Program-made: the position numbers and the translations under genes
Source of the DNA: Opitutia bacterium KCR 482
GTDB lineage: Bacteria; Verrucomicrobiota; Verrucomicrobiia; Opitutales; Intestinicryptomonadaceae
Direction: 5' to 3'
DNA: 32,000 nt
Assembly: GCA_029269845.2 (NCBI GenBank)
Contig: CP149973.1
Coordinates: 2,100,001 to 2,132,000 of the forward strand
Part shown: positions 16,038-23,826 of the stretch, piece by piece
Position numbering within the stretch: position 1 is the stretch's first letter
Layout of the letters: each line of letters starts with the position of its first letter
Notes under the pieces: generated by a model
Seen by the model: the letters and a program-made list of their open reading frames with translations, nothing else
The model's database searches: none
Told to the model about the DNA's origin: nothing

Positions 16038-18356
16038 TTAGCGCACTTTGTTGCCGCTTACCACGATGTTTTTCGTGTCTGACTTGTCGTACCACACGCC
16101 GAGTCTCGGCGTCATTTCCGACTTCGTGAACTTGTTGTCGAGAATCTTCACGTCCGATGACGATACTATGAAAAATCCGTTTCTGTAAATTTGCGGATTT
16201 TTGCGCGGGGTTTCGTTGGCGAACACGTTGTCGGCAAACACCACGTTTTGCGCCGAGCCTATGAGAGCCGCCATTCCGTAGTTGTCTTTGAAGAGGTTGC
16301 CCTCGAAGAGTATGTTTTTTAGAATGGGGTAGGGTGTCTGCGCGTCGGAGGGGTCGCTTTTGAGGTATGTTCCGATGAAAACGTCGTATTCGTAGGACCA
16401 CCTCGTTCTTCCCATCTGGTTGCACGATTCGAACGTGTTGTTTTTCACGAGCACGTTGTCAACCCCGAAGCCTTCGCACCAGATGTTTTCGGTGAAGCCC
16501 GTCTCGATTTTTATCGAGCCCATTTCGTTGCGTTTGAACTTGCAGTTTTCGATTGTGACGTCGCGTGCGAGCACCAAGATTCCGCGCGCGCGGTTGTGGT
16601 GGAAATAGCTGTTTTTCACCACAATGTTGCGCGTGTCGAATGCTTTGTTGAAGAGTACGTATTTGCCGAATTTGGAGTCGGGCAGTGGCTTGTCGAAGAG
16701 GATTTCGCACTTGCCGGATTCCGTTTTTTTGTGCCCCGTGATTTTCGCCTCGAAGCCGAGGGGGGAGTAGTCGCTGTTTCGGAATTCGACAGTGTCGCCG
16801 ACAGCCCCGTAGCTCTTGCGGGCGACGAGCGAATTTTCCGACTTTTTGACGCCGAACGAGGAGTTGTCGTGGAAGTTTATGCAGTCGTCCGCGCCTCGCG
16901 AGAATTCGCAGTCGAGCACCTTGATGTAGCCGAGCGACGACGCGATGTGGTAGTGGTCGGCGGTGCATGTTATTGCGCGTTTTCCCGAGTTTTCGGGAAG
17001 CACGATTTTCACGCGCTCCATGAGCGTGTACTGCTGTTTGCCGTGCTGGACGAACGCGTGCCCGGGGTTTGAAAACACGGTGAAGTCGGAAATCGTGATG
17101 TGCTTGTTGTTCCACATGACCATGTTGTTCATGTCGTAGTAGTAGTGCTGCATTCGGAAGAGCCTGCCGACTTTCAGAGAGTTTTGGCGCGACTTCCCGT
17201 AAAACCTGATTGTGTTCGGGTTCAGCCATTTGAACTTCGGGCGCGGGTTGCGCCCCGCGAACATGTCGTAGCCGAAAGGCATTACGCCTTCAAGCCCCAC
17301 CGATTTCTCCTTTTCGTCCCAGCCCGAAAGCGTTGCGGCGCGGACGTAGTTTGGGTAGGCGGGGAATTTGTCGTAGTCTACGAATTTGAAGTCAACAAAG
17401 TCCTCCTTTTGATTGATTGCCTCGACCCTTACGACGCTCGCGAGCGGGTCGGTCTCCCAGTCCCAGTCAACTTTCACGTTGCGGATTTCCACCCGTTTGT
17501 TGCCGCGCACCCAGAAATTCGGCGCGTTCTTTTTGAGGAAAACCAGCGTCGAGCCGTTGCCGTCGAACGTGAAATTTTCCATGTCGGCGACCGCAATCGA
17601 GCTCTCGCCGACCAGCTTGTAGACCGCGTTTTTTTGCAGCAGCAGTTTTGCCGCCTTGTTTTTTCGGCAGTAGTCCATCGCCTTGTTGAATAGCTTGGGC
17701 GAAATTTCTTTGTTCGGCACAATTCCGAAGCGTTCGGCGTTTACGACCTCACCCTCAGGATTGTAGGGGCGCATTACCTCGAAGTCAGCCGAGCCAGTCG
17801 GCAGTTTCGACTTGTCGAGCTTGTAGTACCTAACGTTGCCGTTTATCGGAATGAAGCCAAGCGGCGCGTCTTCGACAATTTCGATGTTTGAAATTTCGGC
17901 TTTGAGCTTTTTGTACGCCGTAAAGACCAGCGCGTATTCGGAGGCGTTCTTGGGCGTCTTGAATTTGAGAGTCGTTTGCGGCTGTTTGTCGTAGGCGTAT
18001 GTGTTGTGCTTCAAGATGTCGGTGCCGTCGCGGTAGGCGGCGGTGTTGCGCACAAGCGTGTGCAGGTGCGCGCCGTCCTCGGCGTCGGAGATTTTTACCG
18101 ACATTTTCAGAACGTAGCGCGTGTCGGGTTTGAGCGTTCCGTTTTTGAATTCGACCACGCGCATGTACGATTCCAGCGGAATCTTTGTAGTGTCAATCGC
18201 GCAGGATTTTCCGTCGGGCGACACCGACGCATTCTTGCCGACGTACGCCAAATTTTCGTTCGAAAAGTCGGCGACCGCCTGCGTTTCCCTGTCTTCGCAG
18301 CCCGCGAACAACGCCGCCAGTGCCGCAAATATTATTGTTCTTCCCATTATATTCAT
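16038..18356 (-). CDS. Secreted lipoprotein with right-handed parallel beta-helix repeats (pectate-lyase-fold glycan hydrolase or lyase-like)
   Basis: Start taken at MNIMGRTIIFAALAALFAGC (lipobox LFAGC). C-terminal PbH1-like repeats include NSYFHHNRARGILVLARDVTIENCKFKRNEMGSIKIE and VKNNTFESCN. The substrate is unknown. Confidence 0.7.
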   Translation of the reverse strand: MNIMGRTIIFAALAALFAGCEDRETQAVADFSNENLAYVGKNASVSPDGKSCAIDTTKIPLESYMRVVEFKNGTLKPDTRYVLKMSVKISDAEDGAHLHTLVRNTAAYRDGTDILKHNTYAYDKQPQTTLKFKTPKNASEYALVFTAYKKLKAEISNIEIVEDAPLGFIPINGNVRYYKLDKSKLPTGSADFEVMRPYNPEGEVVNAERFGIVPNKEISPKLFNKAMDYCRKNKAAKLLLQKNAVYKLVGESSIAVADMENFTFDGNGSTLVFLKKNAPNFWVRGNKRVEIRNVKVDWDWETDPLASVVRVEAINQKEDFVDFKFVDYDKFPAYPNYVRAATLSGWDEKEKSVGLEGVMPFGYDMFAGRNPRPKFKWLNPNTIRFYGKSRQNSLKVGRLFRMQHYYYDMNNMVMWNNKHITISDFTVFSNPGHAFVQHGKQQYTLMERVKIVLPENSGKRAITCTADHYHIASSLGYIKVLDCEFSRGADDCINFHDNSSFGVKKSENSLVARKSYGAVGDTVEFRNSDYSPLGFEAKITGHKKTESGKCEILFDKPLPDSKFGKYVLFNKAFDTRNIVVKNSYFHHNRARGILVLARDVTIENCKFKRNEMGSIKIETGFTENIWCEGFGVDNVLVKNNTFESCNQMGRTRWSYEYDVFIGTYLKSDPSDAQTPYPILKNILFEGNLFKDNYGMAALIGSAQNVVFADNVFANETPRKNPQIYRNGFFIVSSSDVKILDNKFTKSEMTPRLGVWYDKSDTKNIVVSGNKVR

Positions 18357-18410
18357 GGTTTTATTGATAGCCGATTGGTTTTTTGAATGCAACCGAATTT
18401 GTGTTTACAA

Positions 18411-18438
18411 AAAACGCGCTTCGTTTTGAAGCGCGTTT
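18411..18438 (-). terminator. Intrinsic terminator downstream of the first PEP-CTERM gene
   Basis: 11-bp stem at 18412-18422 / 18428-18438 (core cgcgcttc/gaagcgcg) with a 5-nt loop and a U-rich tail on the minus strand. A second small hairpin, gccgaa-ttt-ttcggc, lies at 18439-18453. Confidence 0.6.
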
Positions 18439-18451
18439 GCCGAATTTTTCG

Positions 18452-18531
18452 GCCGTCTATTTGCGTCTGCGGTAGACTGCCAAACCCAGCGCGATTGCGC
18501 CGAAAATCGCCGCCCATTCGGCGGGTTCGGG
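18452..18531. repeat. About 80-bp near-identical segment (copy 1) covering the PEP-CTERM anchor, the stop and 5 nt beyond
   Basis: Aligns with 20299-20379, including a 45-nt perfect run cagcgcgattgcgccgaaaatcgccgcccattcggcgggttcggg. The rest of the two genes is strongly diverged. Confidence 0.85.
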
Positions 18532-20031
18532 AACGTTTATGCGGTTGAGGAAGTATACGTCCTTGCCGTCGAGAGTTCCCTTTACGAGAGTGAGGTCGCC
18601 CTTGCCGTAGGTTGTGCCGTCGGCGGTGTTTGCTGTGATTGTGTCGTACTTGCCGAAAACTTTGTCTTCGTCGCCCGTCCAGAAGCAAATCATGTCGTCG
18701 GCGAAGTTTTCGATGGTGAGCGTGTTGCCCGAAGCCCCCGAGATGCCGCCGATGTAGAGCTTGGCGTCGGCGTTTGTGTCGGAAAGTTCGATTGTCAGTT
18801 CCGTCGCGCCGTTCCAGTAGTAGAAGTTTCCGAATCTCGTCTTTTCGTTTACGATTATCGAGTTGTTTGCCGCCGACATCATGAGTGTTGTGTCGCCCGT
18901 TGCGCCGCTTGTCAAAATGCGCGTGAAGGCGTTCGCCTTGTTTATCACAAGCTGCGTGTTGCCGCTCAGGAACAGTCTGCCTTGGTATTTTTGCCCGTCC
19001 CCGCCTACGTTGTCGTAGAGCTTGATGTAGCCCGCGCTGCTGTCGACCGAGAGGCTCGCCAGGCTTTCCGAGGACGCGCCTTTGAGTTCGAGGGCGCCCT
19101 TTTGGTCGATAGTGCCGCCGTTCGAAACCGACATGCCCCCACTGATTACCGTGCGGGCGGATGTGCCGTTGGTAAGTTCCGTTGCGACGAATTTGCCGCC
19201 CGAAATAGACGCGTTCGCGAGCGTCAGTTGGTTTTTGCCGACGTATTCGAAGTTGCCGTTTATTTCGGCGTTCCAGCCGGTGTTCGTGTTGACTTTCTGC
19301 GTCTTGAACGTTCCGCCTGCCGCGATTTGAAGCGTCGAGCCGCTGTAAAAGTTGAAGCCAAGCTCCTTCGACGACGCGTCGACGACCGCGTTTTCGCCGA
19401 TTGAAAAGAACCCGTTTCCGGCGATGTGGGTTTGCGAAACGGTATAGTTTGCCTTGACGCCTTTTTCAAAGAACACTCCGCCTCCGGAATTTGCCGCAAA
19501 GGCGAGGCTCTGTCCCGACAGATTCGCGTTTGTCGCGATTACGAGTTTTGAGGCCTGCGAGGCCGAATAATTTACCGTCATTCTGAACTGCGCGCCCAAA
19601 TCGACGTTCGCGTAGGTGGAGTCGTTCGATTGGGAGTTTTTAATTGTGAGCGTTCCGAGATTCCAGGCGAATTTGTTGTTGCCTGTCGTAAGCGCGGTGA
19701 TGCCGCCTGCTTCTGCGGAATTAATGTCGATTATCAGGTTTCCCGAGAAATTCCATGCGGGAGTTTTGCCCGCGTCCGACACCGTTCCTGGGGTGTGCGT
19801 TGCGCCGTCGAGGGAGGCGATTGTCGCGTAGTTGCCACTGAACATCGTGCCTTCCTTTGTGGCGGCTGGGCTTTCGAGAATTATATTATAGTTTGGGTTG
19901 TCTTTGGGGATTGGCACGCGGGTTGTGTAATCGCCCGCGCCACCCATGACTGTTTTATCCACAGTCGTGGCGGCGAGAGCCGCGGAGGCCGCGAACACGA
20001 AGAGAATGGAGGTTTGTACTACTTTTTTCAT
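18457..20031 (-). CDS. PEP-CTERM-anchored secreted protein with autotransporter-associated beta-strand-like repeats
   Basis: 524 aa. Signal peptide MKKVVQTSILFVFAASAALA. The body is Asn/Thr/Gly/Ser-rich, Cys-free and repetitive. C-terminus VPEPAEWAAIFGAIALGLAVYRRRK = PEP motif + TM + basic tail. Confidence 0.8.
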   Translation of the reverse strand: MKKVVQTSILFVFAASAALAATTVDKTVMGGAGDYTTRVPIPKDNPNYNIILESPAATKEGTMFSGNYATIASLDGATHTPGTVSDAGKTPAWNFSGNLIIDINSAEAGGITALTTGNNKFAWNLGTLTIKNSQSNDSTYANVDLGAQFRMTVNYSASQASKLVIATNANLSGQSLAFAANSGGGVFFEKGVKANYTVSQTHIAGNGFFSIGENAVVDASSKELGFNFYSGSTLQIAAGGTFKTQKVNTNTGWNAEINGNFEYVGKNQLTLANASISGGKFVATELTNGTSARTVISGGMSVSNGGTIDQKGALELKGASSESLASLSVDSSAGYIKLYDNVGGDGQKYQGRLFLSGNTQLVINKANAFTRILTSGATGDTTLMMSAANNSIIVNEKTRFGNFYYWNGATELTIELSDTNADAKLYIGGISGASGNTLTIENFADDMICFWTGDEDKVFGKYDTITANTADGTTYGKGDLTLVKGTLDGKDVYFLNRINVPEPAEWAAIFGAIALGLAVYRRRK

Positions 20032-20239
20032 GGTTATGGATTTAGGTTAAAACTTTTATGGGGGTTTATAATGCGAGAATAAATAGGGACTGAATTTTCA
20101 TCAACATTTAATTTTGGTTTTTTTGTTTAACGGTTTAATTGCGCAAGTGTATTGATTGTAATTTGTTGAGGAATTGAACCTGCCCGTTTTTTTGCGTCCG
20201 CAAGTCGCTTTTTTTTAGTTTTGTTATTGACAAATGCGC

Positions 20240-20273
20240 AAAAAAAAAAGACGCGCCATTTGCGGAGCGCGCC
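20240..20273 (-). terminator. Intrinsic terminator downstream of the second PEP-CTERM gene
   Basis: On the minus strand, a 7-bp GC stem (20267-20273 / 20250-20256, one G-U pair) with a 10-nt loop is followed by 10 T (A-run 20240-20249). Confidence 0.6.
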
Positions 20274-20298
20274 ATTTGGTTTTTTTGAAAATTTTTCA

Positions 20299-20379
20299 GC
20301 CGCCTATTTGCGTCTGCGGCAGACCGCAAATCCCAGCGCGATTGCGCCGAAAATCGCCGCCCATTCGGCGGGTTCGGGG
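20299..20379. repeat. About 80-bp near-identical segment (copy 2) covering the PEP-CTERM anchor and stop
   Basis: See copy 1 at 18452-18531. Confidence 0.85.
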
Positions 20380-21893
20380 ATTGCCGCCGTCAGCCAGCCG
20401 TTTTCGCCTATGCGGACGTTCGAGATCAGGTTGCCGTCGGCGTCGTAGAACTTCGCTTTCGCCACTCCCGACGCGTTGGCGGCGTTTGTTCCTACATAGA
20501 CTGCGTTTTCCCGGAAATTGTAGACTTTAAGCCCCTCTTCCGTATTGTTCCAAAGCGTCTGTCCCTCGCCTTCGAGAATCAGCTGCGCGAGGTCGAACAG
20601 GTAGATTTCGATGTTCGAGCCGCTCGTGACGTAGAGGTCTTGGAACGTCTGCGTTGCGTAGAGATTTACGAGGCTTCCGTATTCGGAATAAACGTCCTTA
20701 GCCGTCGCAAGGCGGATACCCTTGCCGTTTTCGTCGGTGAAGGCGTTTTCCTGCCAGATGTTGAGTTCCGAGTTGCCCCAGAGCCTGATTTTTGCGTTGT
20801 CTACGCCTTCCTTCTTGACGATGAAGTTTGCGCCCGAGTTCACGTTTAGAACTGCCCGCGTTACGCTGAGCTCGTTCGAGCCGATTTTTTCGCCGAAGAC
20901 ATCCACAATGCCGTCAACCGTCCAGCTTGCGCCCGTTTCGATGTTTGAGGCTCTCTTGAATCTTACGCCGTTGTTAGACGTCGCCGTCGCCTGCACGAAT
21001 TCCGACTTCGAGTACAGTTTGTAAACCGTGAACTGTTTTGCGGGGGTCGTGTCGTGGAGGTAGGTTTTGCCGTAGAGCGAAAGCGTGCTGCCGCCGCCCA
21101 TTTCGAGCGTGCCGTAGATGTGCGCCGTTGCGTTGTTGGCGATGTAGAGCGTGTTGTTGTACGATTTGAGCGTGCCGTTTTCGCCGATTATGAATTCGCC
21201 GCCCTTTACATAAAACACTGTGTTTGAATTCCCTTTAAGCGTAAGGTTGCCGCCAACTTGTATGAGCGATTTGTTCGCCGAGCCTGTTTCGAGGCGTCCG
21301 CCGTCCCAAATTACGGAGGAGTCTTCCGAAATCGAGAGTGTCGTAGTGTTCGTCGAGTTCGAATTGCTGAGGTATGTGTTTTTTGCGCTTACCGTGCCGT
21401 TGAAATGTTCGAACGAAAGCACCTGCGTTTGGTCTGGTGCTGCGCCAGTGAGCGTGAGGTTAGAGCCGAAGTCTACGGTGATATTTGCTTTTTTGTAGTC
21501 ATTGCTCGAATTGGTGAGAACGAGCGTCATGAAATTTTGCTTCCACGAAGCCGCCGAAACCGCCGTGGCGTCCGTCGCCGAATTTGCGTCGACCGTAATG
21601 CCCGTGCTGGGGTTGCTGCTTGCGATGTTTACCGCGCCCTTGCCGTCCGCCGCGCTCGTGTCGATTGCGGTAATCGACTTCACTGTTTTGTTGGCAGCGC
21701 GGTACATTTCGCCCTGATTGGCGGATTCGTTAGGTGTCGAGTCAAGGATAAGATCGGTCGTTGCCGAGACGCCCGTGATATCCGTTCTCTGACCCGTTTT
21801 ATTTGCATACTTGCCATGCACGGTTTTTGTTTCGGCTAGAGAGAGCGAAACCGCCGCGCCGAGCAGTGCTACGAGCAGGATTTTTCTTTTCAT
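20304..21893 (-). CDS. PEP-CTERM-anchored secreted protein with beta-strand-like repeats (paralogous architecture)
   Basis: 529 aa. Signal peptide MKRKILLVALLGAAVSLSLA. The body is Asn/Thr/Ser-rich. C-terminus IPEPAEWAAIFGAIALGFAVCRRRK. Confidence 0.8.
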   Translation of the reverse strand: MKRKILLVALLGAAVSLSLAETKTVHGKYANKTGQRTDITGVSATTDLILDSTPNESANQGEMYRAANKTVKSITAIDTSAADGKGAVNIASSNPSTGITVDANSATDATAVSAASWKQNFMTLVLTNSSNDYKKANITVDFGSNLTLTGAAPDQTQVLSFEHFNGTVSAKNTYLSNSNSTNTTTLSISEDSSVIWDGGRLETGSANKSLIQVGGNLTLKGNSNTVFYVKGGEFIIGENGTLKSYNNTLYIANNATAHIYGTLEMGGGSTLSLYGKTYLHDTTPAKQFTVYKLYSKSEFVQATATSNNGVRFKRASNIETGASWTVDGIVDVFGEKIGSNELSVTRAVLNVNSGANFIVKKEGVDNAKIRLWGNSELNIWQENAFTDENGKGIRLATAKDVYSEYGSLVNLYATQTFQDLYVTSGSNIEIYLFDLAQLILEGEGQTLWNNTEEGLKVYNFRENAVYVGTNAANASGVAKAKFYDADGNLISNVRIGENGWLTAAIPEPAEWAAIFGAIALGFAVCRRRK

Positions 21894-22034
21894 GATAATC
21901 AGATACAGTTTTGAGTTAACGGTTTAAATAAACGAAATAGAGGGATGTGTTTGAAATTGCAAGTATTTTTTTACGCAAGTTTTTTGGCCGAACTTTTTGT
22001 TCCGATTTTACCTTCCCTCCGTTCGACAAAAATC

Positions 22035-22064
22035 TTTTGCGGTTTTTTCTGTTGCCGCCGCTTT
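22035..22064. promoter_or_regulatory. 30-bp conserved intergenic motif, copy 1 (ttttgcgGttttttctgttgccgccgcttt)
   Basis: 29/30 identical to 27922-27951. Weaker similarity continues for about 35 bp to gatgtccgaac (22091-22101). Confidence 0.35.
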
Positions 22065-22190
22065 TTTCGGGGCGATGTGTTTCTATTTTAGATGTCCGAA
22101 CCCGCGGAACATTAAAAATATTGCCGCTATATGGCGGAAAACAGGCGGATGCAATTCTTTGTGAATATGGAAAACCCGCGAATCCAACCG

Positions 22191-22227
22191 CAAAAAACGC
22201 GGAATTGCTGTTCGGCGATTCCGCGTT
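22191..22227 (-). terminator. Intrinsic terminator downstream of the CE15-like esterase gene
   Basis: Perfect 10-bp stem aacgcggaat (22196-22205) / attccgcgtt (22218-22227) with a 12-nt loop, followed on the minus strand by TTTTTT. Confidence 0.7.
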
Positions 22228-22294
22228 CAGATAAGAGGGGGTGGGGGCGGCGTGCGCGGAGGGTGTCGGCGCGTTGCCGCTGTGGGGATTTTTG

Positions 22295-23554
22295 CTATTT
22301 TTTCGGCGGAACGGGATTCCAGCCTCGCGAAATTGCGTAGTCCATAAATCTGTTCCAGTCGTAGGGGGTTATGCTATGCGGGCCTTCTTTGATATGGAAG
22401 CCGATGTCGCCGAAGAACGGCTTGCCCGAAGCGAGGTCGGCTTCGGTCGGCAGCTTCTTCGCCCCGAAAAGTCTATATGCGGGCGAGACTTTCATGACGG
22501 CTTCGCACTGAATGTCGGGCTGCGCGTAGATGTCGCCCGAAGACCCCGCGATGTAGAGCATGCGCGGCGCGATGCACGCTATCAGATGCCACTGGTCGGC
22601 GGGCGGAATTTCGAGGCTGCTGTTGCGCTCCTTTTTTAGCTCCGTTTGCGATACGCCTGTTGTCGCGGTATTTGTGTATTTTTTTATGTTTTTCGAGAAC
22701 CAGAACTTAAAGCGCAGGTTGGGCATGAGCGTTATCGTCTTTGCGCCGCCGTTGTTTCCGCAGACGTAGGCGAAGCGTTTGTCGTGCGCGCCCGTTATGA
22801 ACGCCGTTTTCGAGAGCCGCGAGTGTCCGACGACCCCGATTTTCTGTTTGTCGATTTCGGGCATTGTTTCCAGCAAATCTAACACGCGCATGTTGCACCA
22901 CGCCCATGCGGCGAGGGCGGTTTTTTGGGGCACTTGCGAGTCGTCGAAAATTTTGTAGACGCTTTCTTTTGCGCCGTCTCTTGTGATGTAGTCGGGGTAT
23001 CCTTCGTTGTAGCAGAATGTGGCGATTCCGAAGCCGCGGGCGACTATCTCCTTTACGGGGATTCTCTCGGTTTTTGTCGCCCGCGTTTTTTCGCGGTCGG
23101 TATTTTTCTTTTCCGCCCTGATGAAATGCGTCGGCAGGATAACCTCCTTTTCGGCGGTAAGCGTGTGGTTGCCGTAGAAGTTGGGGCACACGAATGCTGG
23201 GATTTTCTCCGCCGCGCCTTTGGGCAGGTAAATCAGGACATTGAGCGAATGCTCGCCCTTTTTGCCGCCCACGGTGATTTTATATTGTTTGCGGACCGCG
23301 ATGCCGTCGAGCGCGTTGTCGGACGATTCGAGAAGCTCGAACTTGATTGTATCGGGGCGCGGCGGAATTTCCCCGTATATTTGGGAGTCGAAGAAGTCGA
23401 TAATCATGGGGGCTGCGGTTTGGCTCCATTCCAGCGCGCTCTTGATTTCTCCGCGCCCGTCGATGCGCTGCAAGATGTCGTTTTGTTCTGCGTTGGAGAA
23501 TTGCGGCGCGCAGAGTGCGAGCGTTGCCGCCATGCAGGAAATAAGTGTTTTCAT
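22295..23554 (-). CDS. Secreted carbohydrate esterase, CE15 (glucuronoyl esterase)-like alpha/beta hydrolase
   Basis: 419 aa. Signal peptide MKTLISCMAATLALCAPQFSNA. VGHSRLSKTAF resembles the bacterial CE15 nucleophile motif GHSRLGK (recalled from memory), followed by a VCGNNGG block. Confidence 0.6.
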   Translation of the reverse strand: MKTLISCMAATLALCAPQFSNAEQNDILQRIDGRGEIKSALEWSQTAAPMIIDFFDSQIYGEIPPRPDTIKFELLESSDNALDGIAVRKQYKITVGGKKGEHSLNVLIYLPKGAAEKIPAFVCPNFYGNHTLTAEKEVILPTHFIRAEKKNTDREKTRATKTERIPVKEIVARGFGIATFCYNEGYPDYITRDGAKESVYKIFDDSQVPQKTALAAWAWCNMRVLDLLETMPEIDKQKIGVVGHSRLSKTAFITGAHDKRFAYVCGNNGGAKTITLMPNLRFKFWFSKNIKKYTNTATTGVSQTELKKERNSSLEIPPADQWHLIACIAPRMLYIAGSSGDIYAQPDIQCEAVMKVSPAYRLFGAKKLPTEADLASGKPFFGDIGFHIKEGPHSITPYDWNRFMDYAISRGWNPVPPKK

Positions 23555-23826
23555 GCTTCAAACGTATGAGCGATTTTATTCCGAGGTCAAGCAATTATTG
23601 ATTTGTTGGGTTTAAATTTGAATTTTTGGAAAATTTCAAAGCCTGCGGGTTTGTCGCGATTGCTTTTTTGTGTCGGCGCGGCGGAGCGGTAGTTTCCGCA
23701 TTTTTGCGGGGGAGGGCGGAGTATTGCCGCCGTTTTCTGCGGATGGCGGTGATTATCGGAAGCTGTAAGTTTGTGTGTCGATATTTCTTGACAAAAAATC
23801 TTCCGTTCGTTTGAATATATTTCAAC

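Noticed and set aside
15791-16082. Small ORFs (69 aa and 72 aa) in the integrase-upstream intergenic region
   Set aside because: They are low-complexity, include the heptamer microsatellite and the terminator hairpin, and show no start-site support.
21947-22340. Small plus-strand ORFs (95 aa and 69 aa) in the gap between the PEP-CTERM gene and the CE15-like gene
   Set aside because: They have no motifs and run through the minus-strand terminator hairpin. The conserved 30-bp motif falls in different reading frames in its two copies, which argues against coding.
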